From: a virus
Taxonomy: Duplodnaviria; Caudoviricetes
Virus record (IMG/VR): IMGVR_UViG_3300024249_000023
Coordinates: 1 to 32,024 of that record
Direction: 5' to 3' (one strand)
Length of the DNA: 32,024 nucleotides
Shown: positions 1-7,549 of the stretch, one piece after another
How the letters are laid out: every line of letters begins with the position of its first letter
How positions within the stretch are numbered: position 1 is the first letter of the stretch
Notes under the pieces: model-generated
The model's database searches: none
Seen by the model: only the letters and a program-made list of their open reading frames with translations
Told to the model about the DNA's origin: nothing
Made by a program: the position numbers and the translations under genes

Positions 1-97
1 TAGTATCTAAGCGAGGACGGCGCCCCAGGGCTGAGGCACCGCCCTCTGACCACCAACCGAGAAGGAACCTCGATCGGTGGCTGCGCCCAGACTAGCA
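1..97. promoter_or_regulatory. Structured leader element, copy 1 (hairpin-CTCTGACC-SD hairpin-start codon)
   Basis: Hairpin 13-46, CTCTGACC 44-51, CGAG/CTCG stem around AAGGA at 58-72, GTGGCT at 77. Same architecture as 16434-16510. Confidence 0.5.
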
Positions 98-175
98 GCC
101 ATCCACAGAACAGCGCGACGGCCCGCCCATCCGCGCGCTGACGACCCCTGGGCGTCACACGAGAAGGAACCTCGA
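58..175 (+). repeat. 16-bp direct repeat CGAGAAGGAACCTCGA containing the SD
   Basis: Identical copies at 58-73 and 160-175, each just before a start codon (GTG 77, ATG 177). Confidence 0.85.
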
Positions 176-176
176 C

Positions 177-314
177 ATGAGACTCGCAACCCTGATTGCT
201 GCCGTGATGATCGGCATCTCGTCCCTCGCTGCCACGGCCTCGGCCGACACCTGGGTCAACGGTTATTACCGTGCGCCTCCGGGCTATGGCTGCGGCGGCT
301 ACGGATGCCGGTGA
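177..314 (+). CDS. Small secreted peptide, 45 aa (not in ORF track)
   Basis: MRLATLIAAVMIGISSLAATASA|DTWVNGYYRAPPGYGCGGYGCR. SD AAGGA upstream; Sec signal with A-S-A cleavage site. Confidence 0.65.
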   Translation: MRLATLIAAVMIGISSLAATASADTWVNGYYRAPPGYGCGGYGCR

Positions 315-421
315 AAGCCCTCTGGGTCGCCGCCGCCGTGGCGCTGTGCGTCACCGGCTACGGCTATTTCACCTCACCTGACCTGCCGGCCTCGCAAGAG
401 GTCGCATTGTCAGCCCGCTGA
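311..421 (+). CDS. Small membrane/secreted peptide, 36 aa
   Basis: GTGA overlap with the previous ORF. MKALWVAAAVALCVTGYGYFTSPDLPASQEVALSAR has an N-terminal hydrophobic helix. Confidence 0.5.
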   Translation: MKALWVAAAVALCVTGYGYFTSPDLPASQEVALSAR

Positions 422-427
422 TACCAA

Positions 428-453
428 GGGGCGCCGGTTCGCGCTGGCGCCCC
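428..453. terminator. GC-rich intergenic hairpin, possible terminator or stabiliser
   Basis: GGGGCGCCGG-TTCGCG-CTGGCGCCCC, 10-bp stem with one G-U; no strong U tract. Confidence 0.4.
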
Positions 454-468
454 GCATTGGAGACTGAG

Positions 469-684
469 ATGAGCGACGAACCGACCATCGACCTGAGCTA
501 TATCGGCCGTTCGCTGCAGCGGCTGACCACCGACGTAAGCGGAATGCGCGCCGACATGACAGTGCTGACCGCGATCGTCATGCGCCAGGACGCGACACTT
601 ACCGCCCTGCTCACCGAGGTCCGTGCCATGCACTCCCGCCACACCCACCTGGAACGCCGCGTCGAGACGCTGGAGAAGCTGTGA
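469..684 (+). CDS. Hypothetical coiled-coil protein, 71 aa
   Basis: GGAG at 459-462 before ATG 469; heptad-like pattern (LTTDVSGMRADMTVL...LERRVETLEKL). Confidence 0.7.
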   Translation: MSDEPTIDLSYIGRSLQRLTTDVSGMRADMTVLTAIVMRQDATLTALLTEVRAMHSRHTHLERRVETLEKL

Positions 685-685
685 T

Positions 686-787
686 ATGAAAGAACCGGAA
701 GCGTGGAAGCTGATGAGCTTCGGTATGGGCTGCGGCATTCTCGGCTGGATCGCCATAATCGCACTGGCGCTCCGCTTTATCCATTAA
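686..787 (+). CDS. Small single-TM peptide, 33 aa (not in ORF track)
   Basis: MKEPEAWKLMSFGMGCGILGWIAIIALALRFIH. GGAG upstream; its stop overlaps the convergent stop at 784-786. Confidence 0.5.
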   Translation: MKEPEAWKLMSFGMGCGILGWIAIIALALRFIH

Positions 788-2706
788 GGCCCCATCTGGT
801 TTCGCAGCGGATATTTCTGTGGGTCAGGATACTGCATCTCCATGCCGCGCGCCCGTTGCTGGCGCGCAGCTCGCGCTGCCAGGAGCGGCTCCAGAGCGGC
901 CTTTGCCCGATACGCCATCGGCCCTAGCACCGGCAGAGAACTCAGGCCAACCCCGGCATACTGCCTCGCTATGTCGATCGCGTTCGGCACGCTATCGGAG
1001 CCGCTTGCCCGCGCTAAATCCTCAGCCGATGCCGAGCGACGTAGGTCATCGCGAAGCGCCCATAGTTTCTGCATCTGATCGTCACTCAGGCTCTGCCATG
1101 GATTGAGCGGCGCGTCAGGATGCCTGGCCGCGACCGCCTCTTTCATCATCTGCTGAACCTTGGAATACTGCATGCGGTTCTGGCTGTCGTAGAGTTTGGA
1201 CTCGCGACCCTGCAGCAATTCCATCGCGTCGATCGACCGGCTGGCGTCGGAGTAGTTCTTTAAAGCGGCGCGGAACCCCGGCGCGGCTGGCTCGATTGCA
1301 GCATCGACCGCGTCGCGTAACTGCATGAGTTGCCTCGCCGCCGTCGCGTTGCTGGGGTTCTCAATCGCCGCCTCTTTCGAGAGTAGGAAATTGATCTGCT
1401 TCCGCACGCCCCATAGCGTCTCCGGGTCGGTTTCCAAGTTGCCAGCCCTGTCACGCAGTTTGTCCATGACATTGTTGACGACCCGTACCACTGGATCGAT
1501 CTTGCCATCCGGCCCGTTGAGAATGCTCCGTCCGAGATCGGCGACAGGCTGGGCATCCGCCGTGCCCTTGTTGCGAAACGCCGAGGCAATGTCAGTATTC
1601 AGTTGCGCATCGCGCGCCTGGGTTGCGGCAAGCACGTCATATTCCGAACCAGCATTGTCAGCATAGTGCGTCTGCCGTGCCGTATTGTTGCGGTCGGCGA
1701 CCTGGCGGGCCTCCTGGCTGACATCGGTATTGAGATTGCGCAACATCTTATCTTCGCGTGAGGCATTCACCGTCTGCTCGATCTGCGCAACGGTGGGGTT
1801 AGAGTTCTCCACATATTGGTTGAGATCCGAAACGCCGGGCTGCTGCTGTTCCAGCAGCTTGCTCTTCTCGGCCACAGCGCGCGCCGCTGCGGCTTCTGGT
1901 GCTGGTATGGCGGCGCTGCTTGCTGGCGTGCCTGCCGCTCCTACGGAAGCCGGTTGCACAGTCGCATCGGGCGCCGCGGGTTGTGATGCCGCATCCGGCT
2001 GCCGCATGGTCACCTGTGGCTCGAATGCCGGTGCGGGCGGCTGTCCACCGCGATCATAGGCGGTTTCATACCACAGCTTAGGCGCCGGCATTGGTATAGC
2101 TTCTGGCGACGGTGCCGGAGGTGGTGGCTTTGGCGTCGGCGCTGACAACAACATTTGATTTCGTGGAGGCCCAATAGGCATACCGCCGAACATTAGCGGT
2201 CTTGCGCCAAGGCTGCCTGCCTGAAGCGCCTCCGGCGTAACCCCTAGCCGGTTGGTCTCCGGATCGATGGTGACCGCATTGTCCGGGTTATCACCGAAGA
2301 GCGTCGGTGTTTGAGTCATGCCGATGAACATATTAAGCGGCGTTTGGAGCAGCCCTGCCCCGAGATGCACGCCGGTCGCGAGGCCTTGGCGCATGATCTT
2401 CTCTGGCTCGCTTGCCCCTGGACCAGGCGCCAAGCCGCGAATGGCGCTCATATCCAAGTCACGGATCTTGTCGCGTAGCGCCGTCACCGAGAATGGTGGC
2501 GTCGGCGTCTGTGATTGCGGAATATCGGCGGCCAACGCATCAGGAGATGTGATAACGTCGGCAAGCGACCCACTCCGCGATCTAGTGACATCCTGAGCGC
2601 CCGAAGCAGACGGCGCCTGCGCTGGCGGCGATGTCGGCACCCAGTCACCACTGGCGTCGAGCGTGAGATAATTGCCTTTGCCGTCAGTCGCAATAGCAGT
2701 CATCAC
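784..2706 (-). CDS. Putative DNA ejection/internal virion protein (P22 gp16 position), 640 aa
   Basis: Third of three A/Q/P-rich helical ORFs ending the late operon; ATGA overlap. Confidence 0.65.
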   Translation of the reverse strand: MMTAIATDGKGNYLTLDASGDWVPTSPPAQAPSASGAQDVTRSRSGSLADVITSPDALAADIPQSQTPTPPFSVTALRDKIRDLDMSAIRGLAPGPGASEPEKIMRQGLATGVHLGAGLLQTPLNMFIGMTQTPTLFGDNPDNAVTIDPETNRLGVTPEALQAGSLGARPLMFGGMPIGPPRNQMLLSAPTPKPPPPAPSPEAIPMPAPKLWYETAYDRGGQPPAPAFEPQVTMRQPDAASQPAAPDATVQPASVGAAGTPASSAAIPAPEAAAARAVAEKSKLLEQQQPGVSDLNQYVENSNPTVAQIEQTVNASREDKMLRNLNTDVSQEARQVADRNNTARQTHYADNAGSEYDVLAATQARDAQLNTDIASAFRNKGTADAQPVADLGRSILNGPDGKIDPVVRVVNNVMDKLRDRAGNLETDPETLWGVRKQINFLLSKEAAIENPSNATAARQLMQLRDAVDAAIEPAAPGFRAALKNYSDASRSIDAMELLQGRESKLYDSQNRMQYSKVQQMMKEAVAARHPDAPLNPWQSLSDDQMQKLWALRDDLRRSASAEDLARASGSDSVPNAIDIARQYAGVGLSSLPVLGPMAYRAKAALEPLLAARAARQQRARGMEMQYPDPQKYPLRNQMGP

Positions 2707-5123
2707 TGCACCGTAAAGCCCGGAGGCACCGGCTTTGCGTTCGGCTGCAATGGCACACGCCCCTCGCCAGGCATGTGGATCACCGTATTCGGGTCGGCGC
2801 GGGTAACGACGTCCTTCACCCGCTGAATTTCGTCCTTACTGAGACCCCTCGCCCATTGCTCCGGCTTCTGTCCGGAGATCGCACCCATCGCCGCGGCATA
2901 GACCTGCGGATTGCGCTGGGTGTTCCAATCACGATCGAACTGCGCGAGCGACCTATATTGGTGCGTCTGTGAAAACCTCTGCTCATTATCGGCGAAATGG
3001 GAAAGCGCCGCTTGCGCGTAATCTGCGTTTGCCTGGTTGCTGATAAGCTGCATATCGAGGATCGATTTGTTCGTTGCGTCCTGAAGATTGACGCCTGGGT
3101 TGGCGTCCTTGAACAGCTTGATGGCCTGATAACCGCCGCGCGCACCGAGCACCGACTGCTCTTGAGTGCCGGCGCCCACTAACGCTAGTTTCGCGAACGC
3201 CTGCGCGGCATCCGAGCCTGAGAGATTAGCCGATTCCTTTTCCCAACCGGTGAGCGCGGATGGCAGCCAGCGTTGCAGGAAGGCCGCTGCCGCGGTTCGC
3301 CCCTCCGTGCCAGGCCCAGTGCTGAACCGCTGCAACACGTCCTGCATTTCTTTGATGCGGACCTGATCCGCCTGCGACTTGCGAACGGCGGTACTGAGAT
3401 CCTTGCTATCCTCGGCATCGCGTTCGTACTGCTTCTCAGCTACCTTATAGGCCGCCGGATCGCGCTCAACCTGCTGCTGCGCCGGCGAATAGCCAGGGAT
3501 CACGACCTGACCGCCACCGCCGCCCGCTGCTCCCGGCGATCCACTGCCAAGCGCTGGTGGCTCAGGAAATCCTGCCGGCAGTTCGCGGGTGTTAACGCGC
3601 AATGTTTCCTTAGTCACGGGGTTCTCGCGCAGCACCGGCTGCCGGTAGGAATCTACTGCAACGGCATATTGCGCTTGTTCCTCCGGGGTCGCGTTACCAT
3701 TCGCCACTTTCGGACCCAATCGGGAGACGATAGCCATAGCTGCCGTGTCGGCCCGCTGTGGGGTGACCTGGATGCGCGGCGCGATTTCCTCACCAGTGCG
3801 CGGGTTCTGGGTGATGATCTCGCCGCCGGTCAGCGTGACCTTTGCGTCCGGGTGTGCGGCCTTCCAGTATTCCAGCGCGCTGTTTTGCTGTGCGACGCTG
3901 AGCTGGCCCTGCGAGGTGGCCAGTTGCTGCGTCTGTATCCAGTCTGAAAACTGCTTCTGCTGAAGTTGGATGTTCTGGTTCGCATACGCCTGCTCGGCCG
4001 CGATGCGTTGCTGGCCGGTCATGCGGCCGGTGGCGCCCTGCGCGTCGAGTATGGCCTGCTGACGGGTTGTGAGGCCGTTGGCATTCAGCGGTTGCAGTTG
4101 CGGCGGTGCCGGGCCGCCGGCGGGTGGCAACGGACGCGGTCCATTCAGGTCTGTGGTGGCCCCTGAGCCCGCTCCAGGCCCTGCCACGTCTGTCCCGCCC
4201 GTCCGCGCCGCAACGCCGCCAGGAGCCGCCGCAGGCGTCGCAGAGGCCACGACCGGAGCGGGCGTCGGCTGCACCGTTTGACCGCGACGGGCGGCCGCCA
4301 TCTGCACGCCCTTGGCCACGTCGGCCGGATTAAGGACATAGCCGCCACCCGCGCTTTCGTGCGGAAACTGCGCCTGGATGAACTTCGCTTGCACGGCTGG
4401 ATCAGTCAGATCGACCTTGTCGTCAGGCCCCACGCCGAGCGCCTTAGAGATGTCGCCGATGTAGCTCGTAAGGTCGGCCTTTGGATCACCGACCCAGCGC
4501 GTTACCGCACCACGCACCGTGTTGATGCCGTGCTGCGTCTGATAGAGTGAAAGTTGATCGGCATTGGCGGCGACACCGGTCGGCATGTCTGGGAACGCCG
4601 CAAACCGGTTTCCCTGCCCTGGTTGAGCGTATGGTTGCCCAGCGAATGTGAGATTGCCGGGGTTGTTCTGGCGCTGGCCGATCGTCGCACCGCCGCTTGG
4701 TGTTACTGCCGGAGCCGTCCCACCGCCAACTGCGGGCTGCGCCGTTGTGTTACCCGCTGCGGAAATCGCCTTGTTGGCCGCGATGTTCGCCGCCCACTCG
4801 GCCTGCGTCTGGCTCGGCGTGCCAAGCTGTGCCAGAGCGTGGGCCACATCGTCGCCCGGATATGCCGCGGGCGCGTTCTTGAAGTAGCCAGGAGCCTGCG
4901 CCCGTGCGTTCGCCAGCAGCGTCGGGTAAGCCGCAGCACGCGCCTCGGGCGTCGGATACTGCGACAGCAACGTGCCGGCGAGCCGCGCGCCCATCTCAAT
5001 CTCGTGGCCGCTGATGTCCTGCTGCTGCTGCAGGAGTTGGTTCTGACCCTCCTGCTGCTTCAACGCCATCATCGGGTCGAACAGTCCGTTCAGCGGGCCT
5101 GCCGCAACCTGGGTGCCGGACAT
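2703..5123 (-). CDS. Ejection/internal virion protein with lysozyme-like NNPGNL domain (gp20 position), 806 aa
   Basis: RQNNPGNL...FAAFPDMPTGVAA...INTVRGAVTRW...SYIGDISKALGVGPDDKVDL...E resembles virion-associated muramidase domains; flanks are Q/A-rich. Confidence 0.7.
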   Translation of the reverse strand: MSGTQVAAGPLNGLFDPMMALKQQEGQNQLLQQQQDISGHEIEMGARLAGTLLSQYPTPEARAAAYPTLLANARAQAPGYFKNAPAAYPGDDVAHALAQLGTPSQTQAEWAANIAANKAISAAGNTTAQPAVGGGTAPAVTPSGGATIGQRQNNPGNLTFAGQPYAQPGQGNRFAAFPDMPTGVAANADQLSLYQTQHGINTVRGAVTRWVGDPKADLTSYIGDISKALGVGPDDKVDLTDPAVQAKFIQAQFPHESAGGGYVLNPADVAKGVQMAAARRGQTVQPTPAPVVASATPAAAPGGVAARTGGTDVAGPGAGSGATTDLNGPRPLPPAGGPAPPQLQPLNANGLTTRQQAILDAQGATGRMTGQQRIAAEQAYANQNIQLQQKQFSDWIQTQQLATSQGQLSVAQQNSALEYWKAAHPDAKVTLTGGEIITQNPRTGEEIAPRIQVTPQRADTAAMAIVSRLGPKVANGNATPEEQAQYAVAVDSYRQPVLRENPVTKETLRVNTRELPAGFPEPPALGSGSPGAAGGGGGQVVIPGYSPAQQQVERDPAAYKVAEKQYERDAEDSKDLSTAVRKSQADQVRIKEMQDVLQRFSTGPGTEGRTAAAAFLQRWLPSALTGWEKESANLSGSDAAQAFAKLALVGAGTQEQSVLGARGGYQAIKLFKDANPGVNLQDATNKSILDMQLISNQANADYAQAALSHFADNEQRFSQTHQYRSLAQFDRDWNTQRNPQVYAAAMGAISGQKPEQWARGLSKDEIQRVKDVVTRADPNTVIHMPGEGRVPLQPNAKPVPPGFTVQ

Positions 5124-5797
5124 CAGCCGTACCCCGGCGCGATGTTACCGTAGATCGATGGCGTTGTCGGTGAACCGACGATAGCCCCCCCTGCCGGCGG
5201 CCCACTGATCCAGTCCTGAAAGTTCTTGTTGCTCAGTAGATTATTGGCGACGGTACCGAGTGAATTGGCCGTATTGCCGTAGATCGAACTCTGCGCGTTC
5301 GCCCCGCCGAGCGCAGCACTGGCCGCGCCCTGCGCCGTCTGCGCACCACCGGCTGCCGCATTAGCGCCGAGTGTGCTCAAGCCCATCAAGCGATTGTAAT
5401 ACGTTCCGAAGTCGCTGTTCGCCAGTCCCTGCCCGAACGTCTGTTCAGCCTTGAGCGCAGCCCCGCTACGCAGCATTCCCTGTGCCGCGGCTCCGGCATC
5501 GGTCGCACGAAGGCCCTCGTTGAATTGCCACTGATAGCCAGGCGATGTCTGGTAATTCGCCATCGCGGCATCCGCCGCCGGCTGGCCGTTCAACCCCAGC
5601 AGATCACCCTGCGCCTGCAACGGCGCGAGGCCAGCTTGCCGATAAGGTGCAAGATCCTGGCGCTGCTGCTCAAACTGCTTCTGCGCCTGCGCCTGGCCAG
5701 ACTTCGCGGCACCGGACTGCAATAGGCCACCGCCAAGACTTCCGGCTGCCGATATACCCGCGCCGATCGCCGCCGCAGCTCCTGCGCCAATACCCAT
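5123..5797 (-). CDS. P22 gp7-like DNA transfer (ejection) protein, 224 aa
   Basis: Gly/Ala-rich N-terminus; APYRQAG...SPGYQWQFNEG...AAAQGMLRSGAALKA..FGQGLA motif. Confidence 0.8.
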   Translation of the reverse strand: MGIGAGAAAAIGAGISAAGSLGGGLLQSGAAKSGQAQAQKQFEQQRQDLAPYRQAGLAPLQAQGDLLGLNGQPAADAAMANYQTSPGYQWQFNEGLRATDAGAAAQGMLRSGAALKAEQTFGQGLANSDFGTYYNRLMGLSTLGANAAAGGAQTAQGAASAALGGANAQSSIYGNTANSLGTVANNLLSNKNFQDWISGPPAGGAIVGSPTTPSIYGNIAPGYG

Positions 5798-7048
5798 TTA
5801 TGCCTCCAACTCTAGCTTGAAAACCTCGCCGAACCGCTCGCCACCAACGCGGCGATACATCGTGCCAAGCCGCGGCCCATCCCCAGCAACGCCCGCCCGC
5901 ATGATGATCCTGTCGGCGCCTCGCTCACGCAGCGCATCATTCGCTGCCCGCAAGATCCGCATGCCGAGGCCCGGTACAGCCGGCGACGCATAGAACGCGG
6001 TGTGCGTCGCCTCGGTAACCTCTGGCCCTTCCAACGACGGCCCGACGATCGTCATCAGGTAGCCGAACGGGCGGCCATTGATCCGGGCAATCATCGTCTG
6101 CAGCACGCCAACGTCGTCCAGCAGTTGGAAGAACCCGGTATTGAAATCCAGCTCCGGCTTCCGTCCGGTGATGGCGCAGTGCTCACGGATCAGCGGCGCC
6201 GCGTCGCGGCAGAACACGCTGAACGGCTCTGCCTTGAACGTCACGCCGTCGAACTCGCGCTCAGTAGGCCGCATGTTGGCAATGATGCGATGCCGCGCCA
6301 GTTGCGCCAGCTTCTCCAGCTGCGGCCGGTGCGCGATGAATTGCCGCATCATGTGCGGCAGGTTGATCTGCAGGTTGACCGGCGCCGCGGCTTCCCACCA
6401 CGCATGGGGCATTGGCTCGCCGAGGCAGTGCTGAAATATCCGCCCGCATGTCGCCTCGTCACCGAGGTCGGCAAACGCCACCGACAGCACGCCTGGCAGC
6501 CGCGCCTCGATCTGGCACAGCTTGGCGTCGAGCCGCGTCATGGCAGCGGTCAGCGTCGCCTCATCGAACAACCCGAACCGCATCAGCGACGCCACCACGT
6601 CGGCCACCGGACGACGCACCACGACGGCGCTGGCATGGGGTGCGAGGTGCGGCAGCAACCGCCAGAACGGTGCGGCGATCGTCTCACATGTGCCGGCGTA
6701 GGGCTGACCTAGCCACGAGCGCACGTCGTCCAATGACCTGCAGTGCCGCAGTTGCTCGTGACCGCACATCCACGGCCCGAAGCTCAGGAACTGCGCCAGC
6801 CATGCCGTGCGCGACCTCGGCAGCGCAAAAACCACGAACGGCGGTCCCTCCGGGGAAGGACGCCAGCCGCCCGCAGGCAGACTGGCGCCCAACCCTACCT
6901 CAGACGTAGACTGATGCTGATCTTGACTCGGATCAGCACCCGCACGATCTTTGGCAGGAGTTGGCGATGTGCTAGCATCGTTACCTCCACGGGAACGCCG
7001 GTAGGACCCTCCTACCGGCGCTTCCATGTCTAGCACATCGTTCTGCAT
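5798..7048 (-). CDS. Sulfotransferase-like P-loop domain fused to GNAT acetyltransferase; first ~68 codons are an inserted structured element
   Basis: FALPRSRTAWL (5'PSB-like) and RRPVADVVAS (3'PB-like); C-terminal FYASPAVPGLGMRILRAA...LGTMYRRVG GNAT motifs. ATG directly follows the upstream TAG. Confidence 0.7.
   Translation of the reverse strand: MQNDVLDMEAPVGGSYRRSRGGNDASTSPTPAKDRAGADPSQDQHQSTSEVGLGASLPAGGWRPSPEGPPFVVFALPRSRTAWLAQFLSFGPWMCGHEQLRHCRSLDDVRSWLGQPYAGTCETIAAPFWRLLPHLAPHASAVVVRRPVADVVASLMRFGLFDEATLTAAMTRLDAKLCQIEARLPGVLSVAFADLGDEATCGRIFQHCLGEPMPHAWWEAAAPVNLQINLPHMMRQFIAHRPQLEKLAQLARHRIIANMRPTEREFDGVTFKAEPFSVFCRDAAPLIREHCAITGRKPELDFNTGFFQLLDDVGVLQTMIARINGRPFGYLMTIVGPSLEGPEVTEATHTAFYASPAVPGLGMRILRAANDALRERGADRIIMRAGVAGDGPRLGTMYRRVGGERFGEVFKLELEA
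6845..7045 (-). other. ~200-nt structured RNA element carrying a small ORF
   Basis: Stems 7030-7040/6965-6975 (11 bp), 6996-7005/7011-7020 (10 bp), 6915-6922/6931-6938 (8 bp), and a 3' hairpin at 6858-6890. Confidence 0.7.
6895..6978 (-). CDS. 27-aa cationic amphipathic peptide MLAHRQLLPKIVRVLIRVKISISLRLR (nested, alternative frame)
   Basis: Strong SD GGAGGT-AACG-ATG; TAG at 6895-6897 is followed immediately by a hairpin. Confidence 0.65.
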   Translation of the reverse strand: MLAHRQLLPKIVRVLIRVKISISLRLR

Positions 7049-7549
7049 CTACCGCGCTCTTCGTGCCCTGATCGTCCCGGTCACCGTCACCGTGCCGGCA
7101 AAGCTCGCTTCTGCCACCAGCCACGTCGTCGTCGTCGCCGTGACGTTGACGCGCCGCGTGGCCGGGCTGATAGCCTGCGCCAGCGCCGTGGTCGGAAACG
7201 TCGCTGCGGTCAGCGTATCGACGGCGGTGATGCCGGCGCCGAAGAACGTGTGCGTGCCAGCCCCCGCCGAGAATTGCACATTGCCGGACACGTCCCAGTC
7301 GCCCGCCGTGAGGGCCAGCGACACCACGTTGGCAACCGAGCCGCTGACCAGCGCCACCGGGCCGCCGGTGGCCGTCATGTACTCGCCGATCTGCCCGGCC
7401 GCCGCGTCGGAGCCGTCCGTCACCCCGGCATGTACAGTCGCCAGCGTATCCGAAACACTCTGGTGATACTCGGTCCATGCCTGCGAATGCCGCTGCCCCG
7501 AGGGGTAGTCGGTCAGCGGCGGATCATGGACCGGCGGCTCAAGCACCAT
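7049..7549 (-). CDS. Tail protein at the tail-needle (gp26) position, beta-rich C-terminal knob, 166 aa
   Basis: Follows the gp10-like gene; beta-sandwich-like SLALTAGDWDVSGNVQF. Function inferred from position. Confidence 0.5.
   Translation of the reverse strand: MVLEPPVHDPPLTDYPSGQRHSQAWTEYHQSVSDTLATVHAGVTDGSDAAAGQIGEYMTATGGPVALVSGSVANVVSLALTAGDWDVSGNVQFSAGAGTHTFFGAGITAVDTLTAATFPTTALAQAISPATRRVNVTATTTTWLVAEASFAGTVTVTGTIRARRAR

Noticed and set aside
77-421. 114-aa plus-strand ORF from GTG 77
   Set aside because: It has an SD, but the middle reads as off-frame sequence over the better 177-314 signal-peptide ORF. Only the last 36 aa are kept as a gene; the start may be a remnant.
6845-7045. 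Insert considered as a group I/II intron, intein or IS
   Set aside because: Too short; no catalytic core motifs, intein termini, transposase or target duplication seen.
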